Shown: piece by piece, positions 13,598-26,007 of the stretch
How positions within the stretch are numbered: the first letter of the stretch is position 1
Layout: the number at the start of each line of letters is the position of its first letter
Assembly: GCA_000004695.1 (NCBI GenBank)
Contig: CM000151.3
Span: 1,024,001 to 1,088,000 of the forward strand
Direction: 5' to 3'
Length of the DNA: 64,000 bases
Source of the DNA: Dictyostelium discoideum
Lineage: Eukaryota
Made by a program: the position numbers and the translations under genes
Notes under the pieces: generated by a model
What the model saw: the letters and a program-made list of their open reading frames with translations, nothing else
Databases searched by the model: none
What the model was told of the DNA's origin: nothing

Positions 13598-15393
13598 AAT
13601 TTTTTAAATTATCTTTTTTTATTTTATTTTTATTTTTTTAGATTACAAGTTCAATTTTTTATACATCATCATTATGTACAGCAGCAGCAGGAAAATATGC
13701 ACCAGTATCATTGATTTTAGTTTGTATTGTACTTTATTTATTTAGAAAAGTTTATGGTGAAGTTGGTAGTGCATTACCATTGAATGGTGGTGCATATAAT
13801 GTACTTTTGAATACAACAACCAAACAAGTAGCAGCTTTGGCTGCAGCATTAACAATGATTTCATATATGGCAACAGCGGTAGTTAGTGCATCAAGTGCCA
13901 TGTCATATTTAAAGGTGTTATGGGAGGGATGTGATGTTTATTGGGCAACTATTATATTATTGGGTGGATTTGCAGCATTAAATTTAATTGGTATCAGTGA
14001 GAGTGCAGTGGTAGCCTTTGGTATTTTCGCACTTCATATGTTAACATTGGCAATGTTTGTAATTGGTGGTTTCGTATTGTTTTTCATTCAACGTGAAAGC
14101 ACATTCCAAATCATTCGTGACAATTGGTATAATCCAGAAGGAAATTGTCCAGTGGGTACACCAACACCATATTATTTTGGAAAGAATTTCGCAGAGGCAA
14201 TTTACTTTGGTTTTGGTGCTGCAATGTTGGGTGTGACTGGTTTTGAAACAAGTTCCAATTTCATCGAACAACAAGAACCAGGAGTTTTCCCAAAAACACT
14301 TAGAAACATGTGGTTTATCGTATCGATTTTCAATCCATTAATTGGGTTTTTAAATCTTTGTTTCATCCCAGCTTGCGAGATCGCCTCCGATACATCTGGT
14401 GGTATTTTAGCAAAGGTTGCAGGCAAGGCATTTGGTGCATGGTTCGAGAAATGGGTTGGTATCGATGCTGTGTTGGTTTTATCAGGTTCAGTTATCACAA
14501 GTTATGTTGGTGTCATTGGTTTGGTTCGTCGTATGGCTTTGGATCGTGTTTTACCTCAATTCTTAATTCAAACTAATCCATGTAGAAAAACAACCCATTG
14601 GATCATTGTTCTCTTCTTTGTGATTTGCTCTTCACTTTACATGTTGGTCGATGGTGATACCACTACATTGGCCGGTGTTTATACATGTGCTTTCTTGGGT
14701 GTAATGTCATTGTTTGCCATTGGTAATATGTTGTTGAAATATAAACGTTCCTCACTTCGTAGAGATATTAAGTCACCATGGATTGGCGTATTGATTGCAT
14801 TGTTTTCCGTTATTCTTGGTTTAATTTCAAATATTATCAAGGATGATTCAATCGTTTACTACTTTGGTATTTACTTTGGTGTTACCATTTTCATTATCAT
14901 GTTAATGTTTATTCGTGCACGTATTCTCAAGTTATTCCTTTTCTTCACTCAAATCATTCTAAGTGGTGCTGGTCGTGATCGTGTTGCTCGTTGGATTGGT
15001 GATGTCATTAAAAAGATTAACTCTCAACCAGTTGTCTTCTTTGCTTCAAAGGATGATCCAGCCTATTTGAATAAAGCCATCCTTTACATTCGTGATAATG
15101 AACAAACCAATTGGGTTAGAGTCGTACATTGTTGTAATGAAGAAGAATCAACCGATTCTTTCTCTTCAACTATGGAATTCTTAGATAAATGTTATCCAAA
15201 GATTAGATTAGATCTCATTCGTGTCAACGCTGAATTCAATGCTTCCACTGTTCAAAAGATCTCTCAAGAATTAAAGATTGACTTAAACTTTTGTTTCGTA
15301 TCTTGTATTAAAGACCGTGATGATGGTGATCCTTCAATGATTCCAGTTACAGTTGGTGATCTTGGTGGTGTTAGAATGATTACTTCAGCTTAA
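13222..15393 (+). CDS. APC-superfamily amino-acid/polyamine permease with about 150-aa cytosolic C-terminal extension, 2 exons
   Basis: Exon 1 13222..13536 (MGRSPEET...AICGND|GTAATT). Intron 13537..13641 (...ttttttag|). Exon 2 13642..15393 (ITSSIFYTSSLCTAAAGKYAPVSL...). About 12 predicted TM helices, G-rich TM1 region, soluble tail after the last helix. Confidence 0.75.
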
Positions 15394-15721
15394 AAAAAAA
15401 AAAAATAAAAAAAAATAAAAATAAAAATAAAAATAAAAAAATAAAAATAAAAGAAATAAAAAAAAAAAAAAAACCAATATAAATAATTAATTAATCTTAT
15501 ACATTCATAAGAAAAATTAAAATAAAAATTATAATAATAATAATAATAATAATATATATTAATATTAACATAATAAAAATAAAAAAAATAATTATCCCTA
15601 AAAAAAAAAAAAAAAAAAAAAAAAAACTATTTTCATTTTAAAATTAATATTTTTTATTTACAAAGTTTTATAATGTGTTACTAATTTAATATTTTTAAAT
15701 GTTATTTTTTTTTTTTTTTTT

Positions 15722-16055
15722 TTAATATCTACATGCACAACCACCACAAGAGCCACAACCACGAGAAATTGATATATTAATATCAATGTTAATTGAAGTT
15801 TGTCTAATTGGGAAAATACCACCACCAACACAACCAGTATAGCATTGAATACTATTTGAACTTTTTGATGAAGTGGAACCAGTTGAAGCAATCATTGATG
15901 ATTTTGAAGCAGATTTTAAATTACTAAGAGTTGAGATTGATTCTGTATTTTTTAAAAAAAAAAAAAAAAAAAAAAATAAGATAAAAGGAAATTGTAAGTA
16001 TTTAGTTATTTTTAAAAGATAGTTTTTTTTAAAAAAAAAACATACCAAATAACAT
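15722..16055 (-). CDS. HssA/2C/7E-like small Cys/Gly/Ser-rich protein (family member 3), 2 exons
   Basis: Exon 1 about 16046..16055 (ATGTTATTTG|GTATGT). Acceptor ...aatacag| at about 15943. Exon 2 15722..15942. Product: MLFESISTLSNLKSASKSSMIASTGSTSSKSSNSIQCYTGCVGGGIFPIRQTSINIDINISISRGCGSCGGCACRY*. Confidence 0.55.
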
Positions 16056-17428
16056 TTTAGATTTTAATTAGTTTTCTTTTTTTTTTTTTTTTTTTTTAAA
16101 AAAAACTTGGAATTTGATTATTAATTGTTTGTTTTTGAGTGAAATTGAATTTAAAATTTCAGACTATTTATATCAAAAAATGAACGTATGTTTTTTTAAA
16201 ATTTAAAATAAATTAATAAAAATTAATTGAATATGGAAATTGTAATTTACCAAAACAAAAAAAAAATATTAGATTTTAACGTTTTATTAAATTACAAGTT
16301 TTTATCATATGAGCAATTTTCCAAATATTTGTTCAAAAACAAAAATTACAATTAATAATATGATAGTAAAATGAAAGTGGGGGAGTTATTGTTTGTTTCT
16401 ATTATCATTTAGAAGAATAAAAATAAATATAAAATAAATAATTATAAATAGAAAAAAACCAGATAAACATGAAGAATATTAAACAATAATTTAACCCCCA
16501 CCGCTATAACATGTCACAAATTATGCTAATTTTTTTTAATAAATGATAGTTACTGAGCGTTTTTAACACACTTTGGTGTTTAATTAATAAAATAATCAAC
16601 TCACCCCCAAAAAAAAAAAAATTGATGAAAAAAATAAATGAAATGTATAGTTTATTTAGTTATTAAGTTTATAAATATATATTAAATAAAAATATTAAAA
16701 TTTACTGAAGAATTTTAATTATTAAAAATTTTATTTTAATTTTTTAAAGATGACTAAATGTACTTTTATTCACCCCAATTTTGAGTATTGTTGGTAGTTT
16801 AATAAATAATTTTTATGTTTAGTTTTATTTTTTAAACATTTTGAATCTTTTTTTTAACTAAAATTATAGAGAAAGGTTTTTATAGTTTATATTTCTTTTA
16901 AAATAATTTAAGAAAATTTATTAAAATAATTAGTAACATCCCAAAAAGTATTTTAAATAAAAATAATATTATTGCTTTTTGGGTAGAAATAAAAAAATTA
17001 ATTTTCCAGTTTGTATAGAAATTAAAAAAAAAAAAAAATATATATAATTATTAACACAAAAAGGTCGGGTCTAATTAATAAAAACTAGTAAAAATAAATC
17101 AGTTTATAAATATTTAAATCATGATTTTAATAAGGAATTGAAATTAATTACAATATTGGTTGTTTTTAAAATTTTTTCAAAGAATATTTATTTATTCAAA
17201 ATTAATTGTTTTTTTTTATTCTTTTTTTTTTTTTTTTTTTTTTTTTTTCATTTTTTTTTTTTCAAAATTAAAACAATAAAATCTAAATATGAAAATAATT
17301 TAAAAAATGTAAACTTTCTTTTATTTTAATAATTATGATTTATTTAATTTTCTATTTACAACCAGTCATAGTTATTATTTTAATATAAATATTATAATAT
17401 TTTTTTTTTTTTTTTATATATATTGATT

Positions 17429-17803
17429 TTAATTACAACCACCACCAACTAAACCATTAACAACACCACCAACAATACATAAGACACCACTAACGGCACC
17501 TCTATTTATAATAACACCACCAACAATTGGTCCTGTGGAATTTCCACAACCACTACTATTACTCATTGGACCATTGCATTGTATAATATTATAATTCATG
17601 TTTGATGATTGTGAAGAAATATTATTTATTATTAATTTTGAAGAGTTTGTTTTAATATTACCAATTGAACAAATAGATGCTATAATATTTTTTTTAATTT
17701 TAGAAAAAAATATTTATTAATATTTTGAAAGTTTTAAAATATATATAATAATTTTTTTTTTTATTTTTTATTAAAACTAAAGATATTTACCTAAAATTGC
17801 CAT
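17429..17803 (-). CDS. HssA/2C/7E-like small Cys/Gly/Ser-rich protein (family member 4), 2 exons
   Basis: Exon 1 17791..17803 (ATGGCAATTTTAG|GTAAAT). Acceptor ...attatag| at about 17680. Exon 2 17429..17679. Product: MAILASICSIGNIKTNSSKLIINNISSQSSNMNYNIIQCNGPMSNSSGCGNSTGPIVGGVIINRGAVSGVLCIVGGVVNGLVGGGCN*. It matches my recollection of HssA (MTILASISSIGN...IQCGG...G/V-rich tail). Confidence 0.6.
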
Positions 17804-18984
17804 TTTTTTTTCTTTTAAATTTTTGTCGAGTATATTATAAAATTAAATAATTATATATTTTATAAAGGTTTTTTTTTAAGTTACTACTTAATTTTGATTT
17901 GATTTTGAAATGAAATAACAAATATTTTCATTCTATTTATATAGAAATTTTTTTTTTTACTTTTTATATACAATTTTAATAGTTATCAACAATAACAATT
18001 GTATTCAAATAAATAAAGTCATTCATTCATGATGGTTTTGAAATTGGGGAGTTTAACTACCCTCTATTATACACATACCCACACAAAATATATATCAATA
18101 AAATAAAAAAGGTAGCAGATAGTACAATTGAGAAACTTTTCAAATAATTTACAAAATATTTTGAATAGTTGAGATACTACTTCAAAAAAAAAAAATAATA
18201 ATATTTAACATTATAAAGAGGGTTAGTTTTTTTTTTTCTTAATTTTACACATCAAATACATACATACATAATAAAAACTTAATTTTTTTGTTTTTGTTTT
18301 TAATCATCATCATCATCATTATAATTATAATTTTTATTGGTATTGGTGGTTTGTTTTTATTATTATAACAAATATATCAATAACAAAAACCACAATTACC
18401 ACAAAATACCCCCTTTTTTTATTTAAAATAAATGTATTTTTTTTTAATATTGTTGTTTATACTCACTTTCTATCCCATCATAAAATAATATTATTTTCAG
18501 TTAATGTATTTATACAATTTAATGGAAAGGTGTGAGTTTTATTTTTAGGTTTTTTTTTTTTTTTTTTTTTTATCGGTATTGATTTATCAATTTTTTAATT
18601 TAATTATTTTTTTTATTTTTTTTTTTTTTTAATTAAATAAAATTATGAAAAAAATGATGATATATTTCTGGGTAATAGATTTTATTGACATTTTTAAATT
18701 TGATCTAAAAAAATAAATCTTTAAATTGACAAATTTACAAAAATATGTAAAATGGTTTTTTTTTTACTAAATTTAATAATTATTAATTTAGGAAGAGTAT
18801 ATTAATTTATTTATTTTTTTAAATTACAAATTAATTATTAATTCTATTGTTATAATTAATAAAAATATATTCTTCAAACACACACACATTTATTTTTACT
18901 TTTTCCTTTTACCTCTTTTTCTTTTTTTACATTCTTTTTTTTTTTTTTTTTTTTTTTAAATTAATTATTTAAATAATTAAATAA

Positions 18985-19533
18985 TTAAATAATTAATAAA
19001 ACCAATAAATATGAGAATAATGTTATAAAATTATATTTTGAATGTTTAATTGAATTTGAGGATAAATCAGTTTCATGATGATTAAAATTATTTAATTGTA
19101 AAAAATCATCATCATGAGATGAATGTGACATCTCATTAAAGCAATAAATTTTTGAATTTAATTTTGAAAGTGAAATTTTACCATCATTAATATTTGCTTC
19201 AATACCATTTAAATTAATTTGAGGTAATATTGAATTTTGACCATTTTGACCATTTTGATTTTCAATTGGTATTGTTGAACAATTTATAAATGAATAATTT
19301 ATACCAGTTTCACATTTATTTTTATATAAATATAGTTCATACAAATTTCCAGAAACATGAGTGATTTTAAATGAAGTTGTATCATTACATTTATTTGTTG
19401 TACATTGACCAATATTTGTTTCCATTATATTGTTACAACCATCCATTTGAATTAGAAATGATTTATATTCTGCTTTTACGATTGAAATATTTAAAAATAC
19501 AAATAAAATTAAAATTGAATTTGATAATTTCAT
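18985..19533 (-). CDS. Secreted / probably GPI-anchored Cys-containing protein of unknown function
   Basis: 182-aa ORF. Signal peptide (MKLSNSILILFVFLNISIVKA). About 8 Cys, N-glycosylation sequons. C-terminal hydrophobic stretch with no cytosolic tail (ITLFSYLLVLLII*). Confidence 0.5.
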   Translation of the reverse strand: MKLSNSILILFVFLNISIVKAEYKSFLIQMDGCNNIMETNIGQCTTNKCNDTTSFKITHVSGNLYELYLYKNKCETGINYSFINCSTIPIENQNGQNGQNSILPQINLNGIEANINDGKISLSKLNSKIYCFNEMSHSSHDDDFLQLNNFNHHETDLSSNSIKHSKYNFITLFSYLLVLLII

Positions 19534-20060
19534 TTTTTAAAATAATAAAAATAATAATAATAAAAATAATATATAATAATAATAACCTTAAATTTTTTAA
19601 AATTATTTATTTATAAATTTTAATTTATCATATTTTAATATCTATTCTTAGTTAAATTAAATTACATTTTTTTTTTTATAAATAAAAAATAAAAATAATC
19701 TTTTTTAAAATAATTTATTAGAATTTAATTACTAGCAATTTTTTTTTTTTTTTTTTAGTTTAGTTATTTCTAAATCTGTATTTGAAAATAAAAAAAAAAA
19801 AAAAGAAAATTTAAAACAATAACCACACCACTTCACATTTTATTTATATTATAAAAAAAAAAAAATAATTCTTTTAATAATTTTTTTTATCTTGAAAAAA
19901 TAAATACCTACCCAAACCACACCAAAATACCCCCCTTTCTTTTTTTTTTTTTTTTACCAGATTTAAAAATAAAAAAATAAAAAAATAAAAATAAAAATAA
20001 ATTAATATCTTTATTATTTTTTATTAAATTTATTAAATTATAGTTTATTATTATTATTTT

Positions 20061-23000
20061 TTAATTATAATTTATTTTTTTATATTGAATATTATTATTA
20101 TTGGAATTTGTGAAATTATCAAGTGAAATTATGTTTGGTAAATTATGATGAATATAATTTCTTTTTTTTAAAATAAATCTAAAGAAAAGATTTTGGAATA
20201 AAGTTCCAATTGAGGAGCAAACTAATGAAACACCATAAAATAAAACCACAACACTAATGGTTACAGTGAAAACAAAAGATTTTGTTATCATAAAATTATA
20301 ATAGCCTAAATGGAAAAAGAATAATGAACATAATAACAATAACATTAAAAAACCCCAAACTTGAGAATTTAAACTTTCTTGAATTCTATTAAAATCTGCA
20401 TTACTCTTTGATTTATAACCAAATATAAAACCACCAGATTTTCTTCTACGTTCTTGATCATCACCAATATTTTCACCACCATTATTTGTATTACTATTAT
20501 GAGTATTTTGAGAAAACCAATATTTTGGTACCAAAGCAGGTGGACATGGATTTGATAATTTAATTAAAAATGCACCTAATAAAAAGAAATAGCCTAATTT
20601 ATGGAAACCCATTACAAAACCAGAGAAAATTGGACGAGTGGGAGGGTCATAAACACCAGGGACATAGATTGCGACATCACCAATTTGAAAATTCATATCC
20701 ATTAATTTGAAACATGATAACGCTATTGAAGTCATTAATAGAACTATGAAGGGTAAGAAATGGTCGGTTATACCTGAAAAGAAATTTATATCTTTTAAAC
20801 TATAATTGAAAATTGATTTACAAAGTCTATTGATTTTATATTCATCTTTATATTGAGTTGATGATGCTTTTCTATATTGTTTAAGTATTGGTTGAAATAC
20901 ATTAAACAATTTATAATAGAAAACATTGCTTATACAATAGAACTGTGGTATAACGAATAAAACTAAATATAATCTTTCTTTATCATTTGATAAAAAGTAA
21001 AGTAACATTGAAATTGGTAAAAACAAATCTGATTGATAATATCTCGGACTGAATAGCAACCAAATCGAATGAACACCTAACACCAAATAAACCAATACCG
21101 CCAACTCTGTATGAATGAACTTTTGACTTCTCCAAGCCTTGTCATAATAGTGGATTGCAACCATCACCAATGTATAAATAAAGAATTTCAAATAAACCGA
21201 ATAGAAATACTCTTTCATTGGTTTAATATTACTTTTTTCACCACCTGCATAATGTGCTCTTAATCTTTTAATTTGAATATAAAATTCAATCATTAAATAA
21301 ATGAATGCTATAATTGATGATCCTTTATAAAAATGAACTAATAATAAATCTTCTAATGGTATTGTTAAAAGGAAAACATTTACTGCCATAAAAAATATAT
21401 AAAATGAATAAATTATAATCCATTGATTTGGTATTTTATATTCAAATGCTAATGGTGTTGTTAAATCTGTATCAATTCCATTACCACTATTTCTTAAATT
21501 TGAATTTTCTAATAATGATAAATTATTAATTGAAATACTATTAATTATTGTTGATGTTGATGATGATAATGATGATGATGTTGTACTTGATGTTGATGAA
21601 TTTAATCCAATTTCAACTTGGTTATTTTCATTTTCATTTAAATTATTATTATTATTATTGTTTATATTATTATTATTATTATCACTAATATTACCGCTAT
21701 TATTAGTGTTATTATTATTATTATTATTTATATTATTATTTATATTATTATTATTTATATTATTGTTATCATTTTGTTGTAATGATGATAATAATGGTGA
21801 AGGTTGTAAAGAATTTGATAATGGTGATGATTGTAAATTTGGTGTTAAAGTGAAATTATTATTATTATATTCAATTTTAATTGCAGATGGTGCATAATGC
21901 ATTACTAAAGTTGTTAAAAGTGATGCAACAAACATATGAATTGATTCATTATTATCATGCCAATATAGTACCCAAAATCCACTAAATAAACCAGTTATAC
22001 CAGTGATAATTAAATATGGTATTAGGATATGAGCGAATTGTAAACGAAATTGAATTCTTAAATTTTTAAAACTTCCATATTGTTTTGAGAGTAAAGATGC
22101 AACTAATAGACCAATTGTAATTGGAAACATGACAACTTCAGTGGTTGGAAACTTTTTTAAATTTAAAAATGGTATCTTTAAAGAATTGATATAGTGGATG
22201 AATAACTCTATGGAATGATTGATATCCTTATTCATGGTTTCAACGGCTTGGTTGTAATCTGAAGTTCGAAGTTTATAATTCCAACGTTTACCAAATCGAT
22301 TCAATTGATTTGCATTTAATTTATAGGTGTAATAGATTCTCTCTGGGTCGGTGGTTGTTGGTGAAATTTTACCAATATTTTCCGAAGGTAATGATACGCC
22401 AGAGCCAGAGAAATGTTGCCAAATGGTTGAGCAAACGTCAACTTGGTCAATGAATTTATCTTGTAAATTGGATGGGAGGGGGTCGATGGTAGGATTGTAA
22501 ATCACCATAAATGCCTCATTGCCACCATTGTTTGCACCGTGTGCGGCGGTTTCTGATGTTAACTTTCCACCATGATCAGAGAATATCACCAATAGATACT
22601 CTGGATTTTCATCAACCCATTGTTTAATATATTTCATATTTCCAAACCATTCATTTATAATTGATATTGTGGTTTTATCATATTTATCACCAGTGTGATG
22701 ATTCCTCTCGTCTACTATATCACCAGAGAAAAAGATACTTAGACCTTTCTCTTTCTTTTGATCGAGGAATTGTTGTGAGCATTTTTCAGGTGAATTCTTT
22801 GCACATTTGAATAGGTTTTCATAGAGTTGTGAACCCTCTTTTAAATACTCGATATTGACTTGATCCTTTTCAAAGTATTTACCCTCCTCCAATACGTCGT
22901 ATGCTGGCATTCTCGTGCCGAAATAACCCATTGGTATTCCATTGGATGTTAATTGATAGATTAGATTATCCGATAGAATTGGGTTTCCCATGAAATTGGT

Positions 23001-23414
23001 TGGTGGTGTGCCAGTGACATACGACGAGAATACAGCGTATGATGCTGGAAATCCTTCATTTTGAATTCTAAATGTGTTGGAACTCTGTTTAAACATTGAT
23101 ATTAATTCATCGGATAAATCTCTAGCTAAACCATCATTATAAAAAAATAATACTCTTTTGAATTGATTACCTGTTTTCAAACAATCACTATTATTTATTT
23201 TACCTGTAGTTGGATTGATTTTACATTCATCATTATGAAATTCTTGAATCGTTGTCTTATTATCCAACATTTGAAATTTTGTAACTGCTTTATTAATTAA
23301 ATAAATTAAAATCATAACTTGTAAAAATACAATCATTTGTCTAATAAAATATGATTTCCAAAACATTCTCCATCTTTTTTTTAAAATTTCTATTCTTTTA
23401 ATTAAAATTTTCAT
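20061..23414 (-). CDS. Alkaline-phosphatase-superfamily polytopic membrane protein, probable GPI ethanolamine-phosphate transferase (PIG-G/PIG-O/PIG-N family)
   Basis: 1117-aa single-exon ORF. N-terminal TM. Luminal catalytic domain with AP-superfamily motifs (VLFFYNDGLARD; LLVIFSDHGGKLTSETAAHG). Then 10 or more TM helices. An approximately 120-aa poly-N/S low-complexity loop is inserted. Family assignment is from motif recall, not a search. Confidence 0.55.
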   Translation of the reverse strand: MKILIKRIEILKKRWRMFWKSYFIRQMIVFLQVMILIYLINKAVTKFQMLDNKTTIQEFHNDECKINPTTGKINNSDCLKTGNQFKRVLFFYNDGLARDLSDELISMFKQSSNTFRIQNEGFPASYAVFSSYVTGTPPTNFMGNPILSDNLIYQLTSNGIPMGYFGTRMPAYDVLEEGKYFEKDQVNIEYLKEGSQLYENLFKCAKNSPEKCSQQFLDQKKEKGLSIFFSGDIVDERNHHTGDKYDKTTISIINEWFGNMKYIKQWVDENPEYLLVIFSDHGGKLTSETAAHGANNGGNEAFMVIYNPTIDPLPSNLQDKFIDQVDVCSTIWQHFSGSGVSLPSENIGKISPTTTDPERIYYTYKLNANQLNRFGKRWNYKLRTSDYNQAVETMNKDINHSIELFIHYINSLKIPFLNLKKFPTTEVVMFPITIGLLVASLLSKQYGSFKNLRIQFRLQFAHILIPYLIITGITGLFSGFWVLYWHDNNESIHMFVASLLTTLVMHYAPSAIKIEYNNNNFTLTPNLQSSPLSNSLQPSPLLSSLQQNDNNNINNNNINNNINNNNNNNTNNSGNISDNNNNNINNNNNNNLNENENNQVEIGLNSSTSSTTSSSLSSSTSTIINSISINNLSLLENSNLRNSGNGIDTDLTTPLAFEYKIPNQWIIIYSFYIFFMAVNVFLLTIPLEDLLLVHFYKGSSIIAFIYLMIEFYIQIKRLRAHYAGGEKSNIKPMKEYFYSVYLKFFIYTLVMVAIHYYDKAWRSQKFIHTELAVLVYLVLGVHSIWLLFSPRYYQSDLFLPISMLLYFLSNDKERLYLVLFVIPQFYCISNVFYYKLFNVFQPILKQYRKASSTQYKDEYKINRLCKSIFNYSLKDINFFSGITDHFLPFIVLLMTSIALSCFKLMDMNFQIGDVAIYVPGVYDPPTRPIFSGFVMGFHKLGYFFLLGAFLIKLSNPCPPALVPKYWFSQNTHNSNTNNGGENIGDDQERRRKSGGFIFGYKSKSNADFNRIQESLNSQVWGFLMLLLLCSLFFFHLGYYNFMITKSFVFTVTISVVVLFYGVSLVCSSIGTLFQNLFFRFILKKRNYIHHNLPNIISLDNFTNSNNNNIQYKKINYN

Positions 23415-23721
23415 TTTTTTTTTTATTTTTTATTTTTTATTTTATTTTATTTTATTTTTATATACATATATCTCTCTTTTATAAAAAAATAAAATAAAAA
23501 AGATTTAAATGTTAATTTATTATTGTTATTTTTTTATTTTTTATTTTTTATTTTTTTTATTATATTTTTATTATAATAAAGTGATTGTATATATATATAT
23601 ATATTATATAACTAAGATATATATATAAGATATAAAAAAAGTTATTTATGGATATATCTTATTTTGAACATTTATTATTGTTTAATTTCATAAAAATAAA
23701 AAATAAAAATTAAAATAAAAA

Positions 23722-23754
<33 letters not shown>

Positions 23755-23766
23755 AAAAGTTAACTG

Positions 23767-23802
<36 letters not shown>

Positions 23803-24489
23803 GCCCGAAATAAAGTTTTTAAAAAAAAAAAAAAAATCAGCAGGCTATCTGGCAAATTCTGAAAACAATGTAAAAGCGAAACCAAAACCAATTTTTATCT
23901 TGAATTTTTATGGTTTATATATCTTTTTTTTTTATAATACACCAAGCGAATTTTTAATTTTTAATACCTTTTTTTTTTAATTTTTTTAATTTTTTAATTT
24001 TTTTTTCGATTTCTCTCTCTCCCCCTCTTTTTCATTATTTTCACGAAATGATTTTTTGACATTTTAATTTTTTTTTTTTTTTTTATTTTTTATTTATAGC
24101 TTTAAAGTATACTATAATTAATTTGTTTAATTATTATTTTTTTAATTTTTTATTTTTTAATTTTTAATTTTTTAATTTTTTATTTTCAATAGTTTCAAAG
24201 TCCATAAGATTAGATTCCTTTTTTTTTTTTTTAATTTTTTAATATTTTTTTTTTATTTTTTTATTTATTTTTTTTTTTTTATTTTTTTTTTAATTTTTTA
24301 TTTATTTTTTGAAATTTTAATTAATTTTTTTAAATTTCATTTCGTTTTATTTATTTTTTATTTTATTTAAAGCAACCCTTTTTGTACTTTAATATTAGAT
24401 ATTTTTAAAAAGTATTATAATTTTAAAAGATATAATTTTTTTTTTTTCCCCTAACACTATATAAAAATACACATAAAATAAAATATACA

Positions 24490-24523
<34 letters not shown>

Positions 24524-24527
<4 letters not shown>

Positions 24528-25907
24528 TTGATATTTTAAAAATTGTTCCAACATTAAAAACCTCTACAAATCTTAATAATAGTAATAATAATAATGATAA
24601 TAATGATAATAATACATTAACAGCAAGTTCAAATGGTATAACAAGTGGTAATATGAATATATTAAATCATGGTGGTAATAATAATAATATTAACGATGGT
24701 GATGATAAAATCTTTGAAGATATTTCAATTAATAATTTAGCATCGTCATCATCAAAAACCAATACATTATTACAAAGTTCAGCCTATTTAAAAAAGAGAG
24801 GTAATATATTCATAATTTATACAGGTGGTACATTAGGTATGAAAAGAGATCCAGTCTCTGGTACACTAAGACCTGAACCACATTATCTAAAACAACAATT
24901 ACAAGGTTTACCTGAAATGAAATCTTTAGATATGCCAACTTATACAATTACAGAGGTATGTTTATTTTTATATAGTAGCTATAGCGCCGCTAAATATTTA
25001 TTTTTTTATTAATATTTTAAAATATTTTTAGTTTGATCCACCAATTGATTCATCAGATATGGAACATTCAGATTGGATAAAGATTTGTCATTTAATAGAA
25101 AAGAATTATTATGATTATGATGGATTTGTAATATTACATGGTACAGATACGATGGCATATACAGCAAGTGCATTATCATTTATGTTGGAGAATTTGGGTA
25201 AACCAGTGATATTGACAGGTTCACAAATCCCATTTGCAGAGTTAATTAATGATGCAAGAAGAAATCTATTGACTGCGATTATATTTGCTGGTAAAGTTGA
25301 TTTACCAGAGGTTTGTGTATTTTTCAATAATAATCTATTACGTGGTTGTAGAAGTCGTAAAGTTGATTCATGGAGTTTGGATGCTTTCGAGTCACCCAAC
25401 TGTCCACCATTGGCAACATTGGGTATGGAGATTAATATAAATTATGATTTGGTGTTGAATCAGCCAAAGGGCAGATTCCGTGTACACGAAACCATTAATA
25501 AGAATATAGCAGTATTGCATCTAGTGCCTGGTTTCAGTGATGAAACTTTCACAAATCTATTAGCTGAGCCATTAGAAGGCTTGATCTTGCAATCCTACGG
25601 TTCTGGTAACGCACCTGCAAAGAAAAGTAGATTCCTCGAAGCAATCACTCTTGCTGTCAAACGTGGTGTCATTGTTATAGTTACTTCTCAATGTTTACGT
25701 GGTTCTGTAAATTTAAAACAATATGCAACCGGTAAAAGTTTATTAGACGCTGGTGCAATCAGTGGTTATGATATGACTGTTGAAACTGCTGCCACTAAAT
25801 TAGGTTGGTTATTAGGTTTAGGTATACCAAAAGAACAAGTTAAATCTTTAATGGAAATCGATTTACGTGGTGAATTAACAAGAAAAGCAACAAAAAGAAT
25901 AAATTAA
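24524..25907 (+). CDS. L-asparaginase, type I (bacterial-type, cytoplasmic AnsA-like), 2 exons
   Basis: Exon 1 24524..24955 (...YTITE|GTATGT). Intron 24956..25031. Exon 2 25032..25907. Both asparaginase signatures present: IFIIYTGGTLGM (Thr active site) and VILHGTDTMAYTAS. N-terminal poly-N extension. Confidence 0.85.
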
Positions 25908-26007
25908 AGAAATAAATAAATAATAAACAACAATATATTAAATAAAATTTAGATGATAAGCGAATCTAAAAAAAAAAATTACTATAATTTGATTTTTATT
26001 ATTATTA

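Noticed and set aside
14041-14576. Three ORFs (77-98 aa) overlapping the permease exon
   Set aside because: They overlap a well-supported TM-rich CDS in other frames and have no features of their own.
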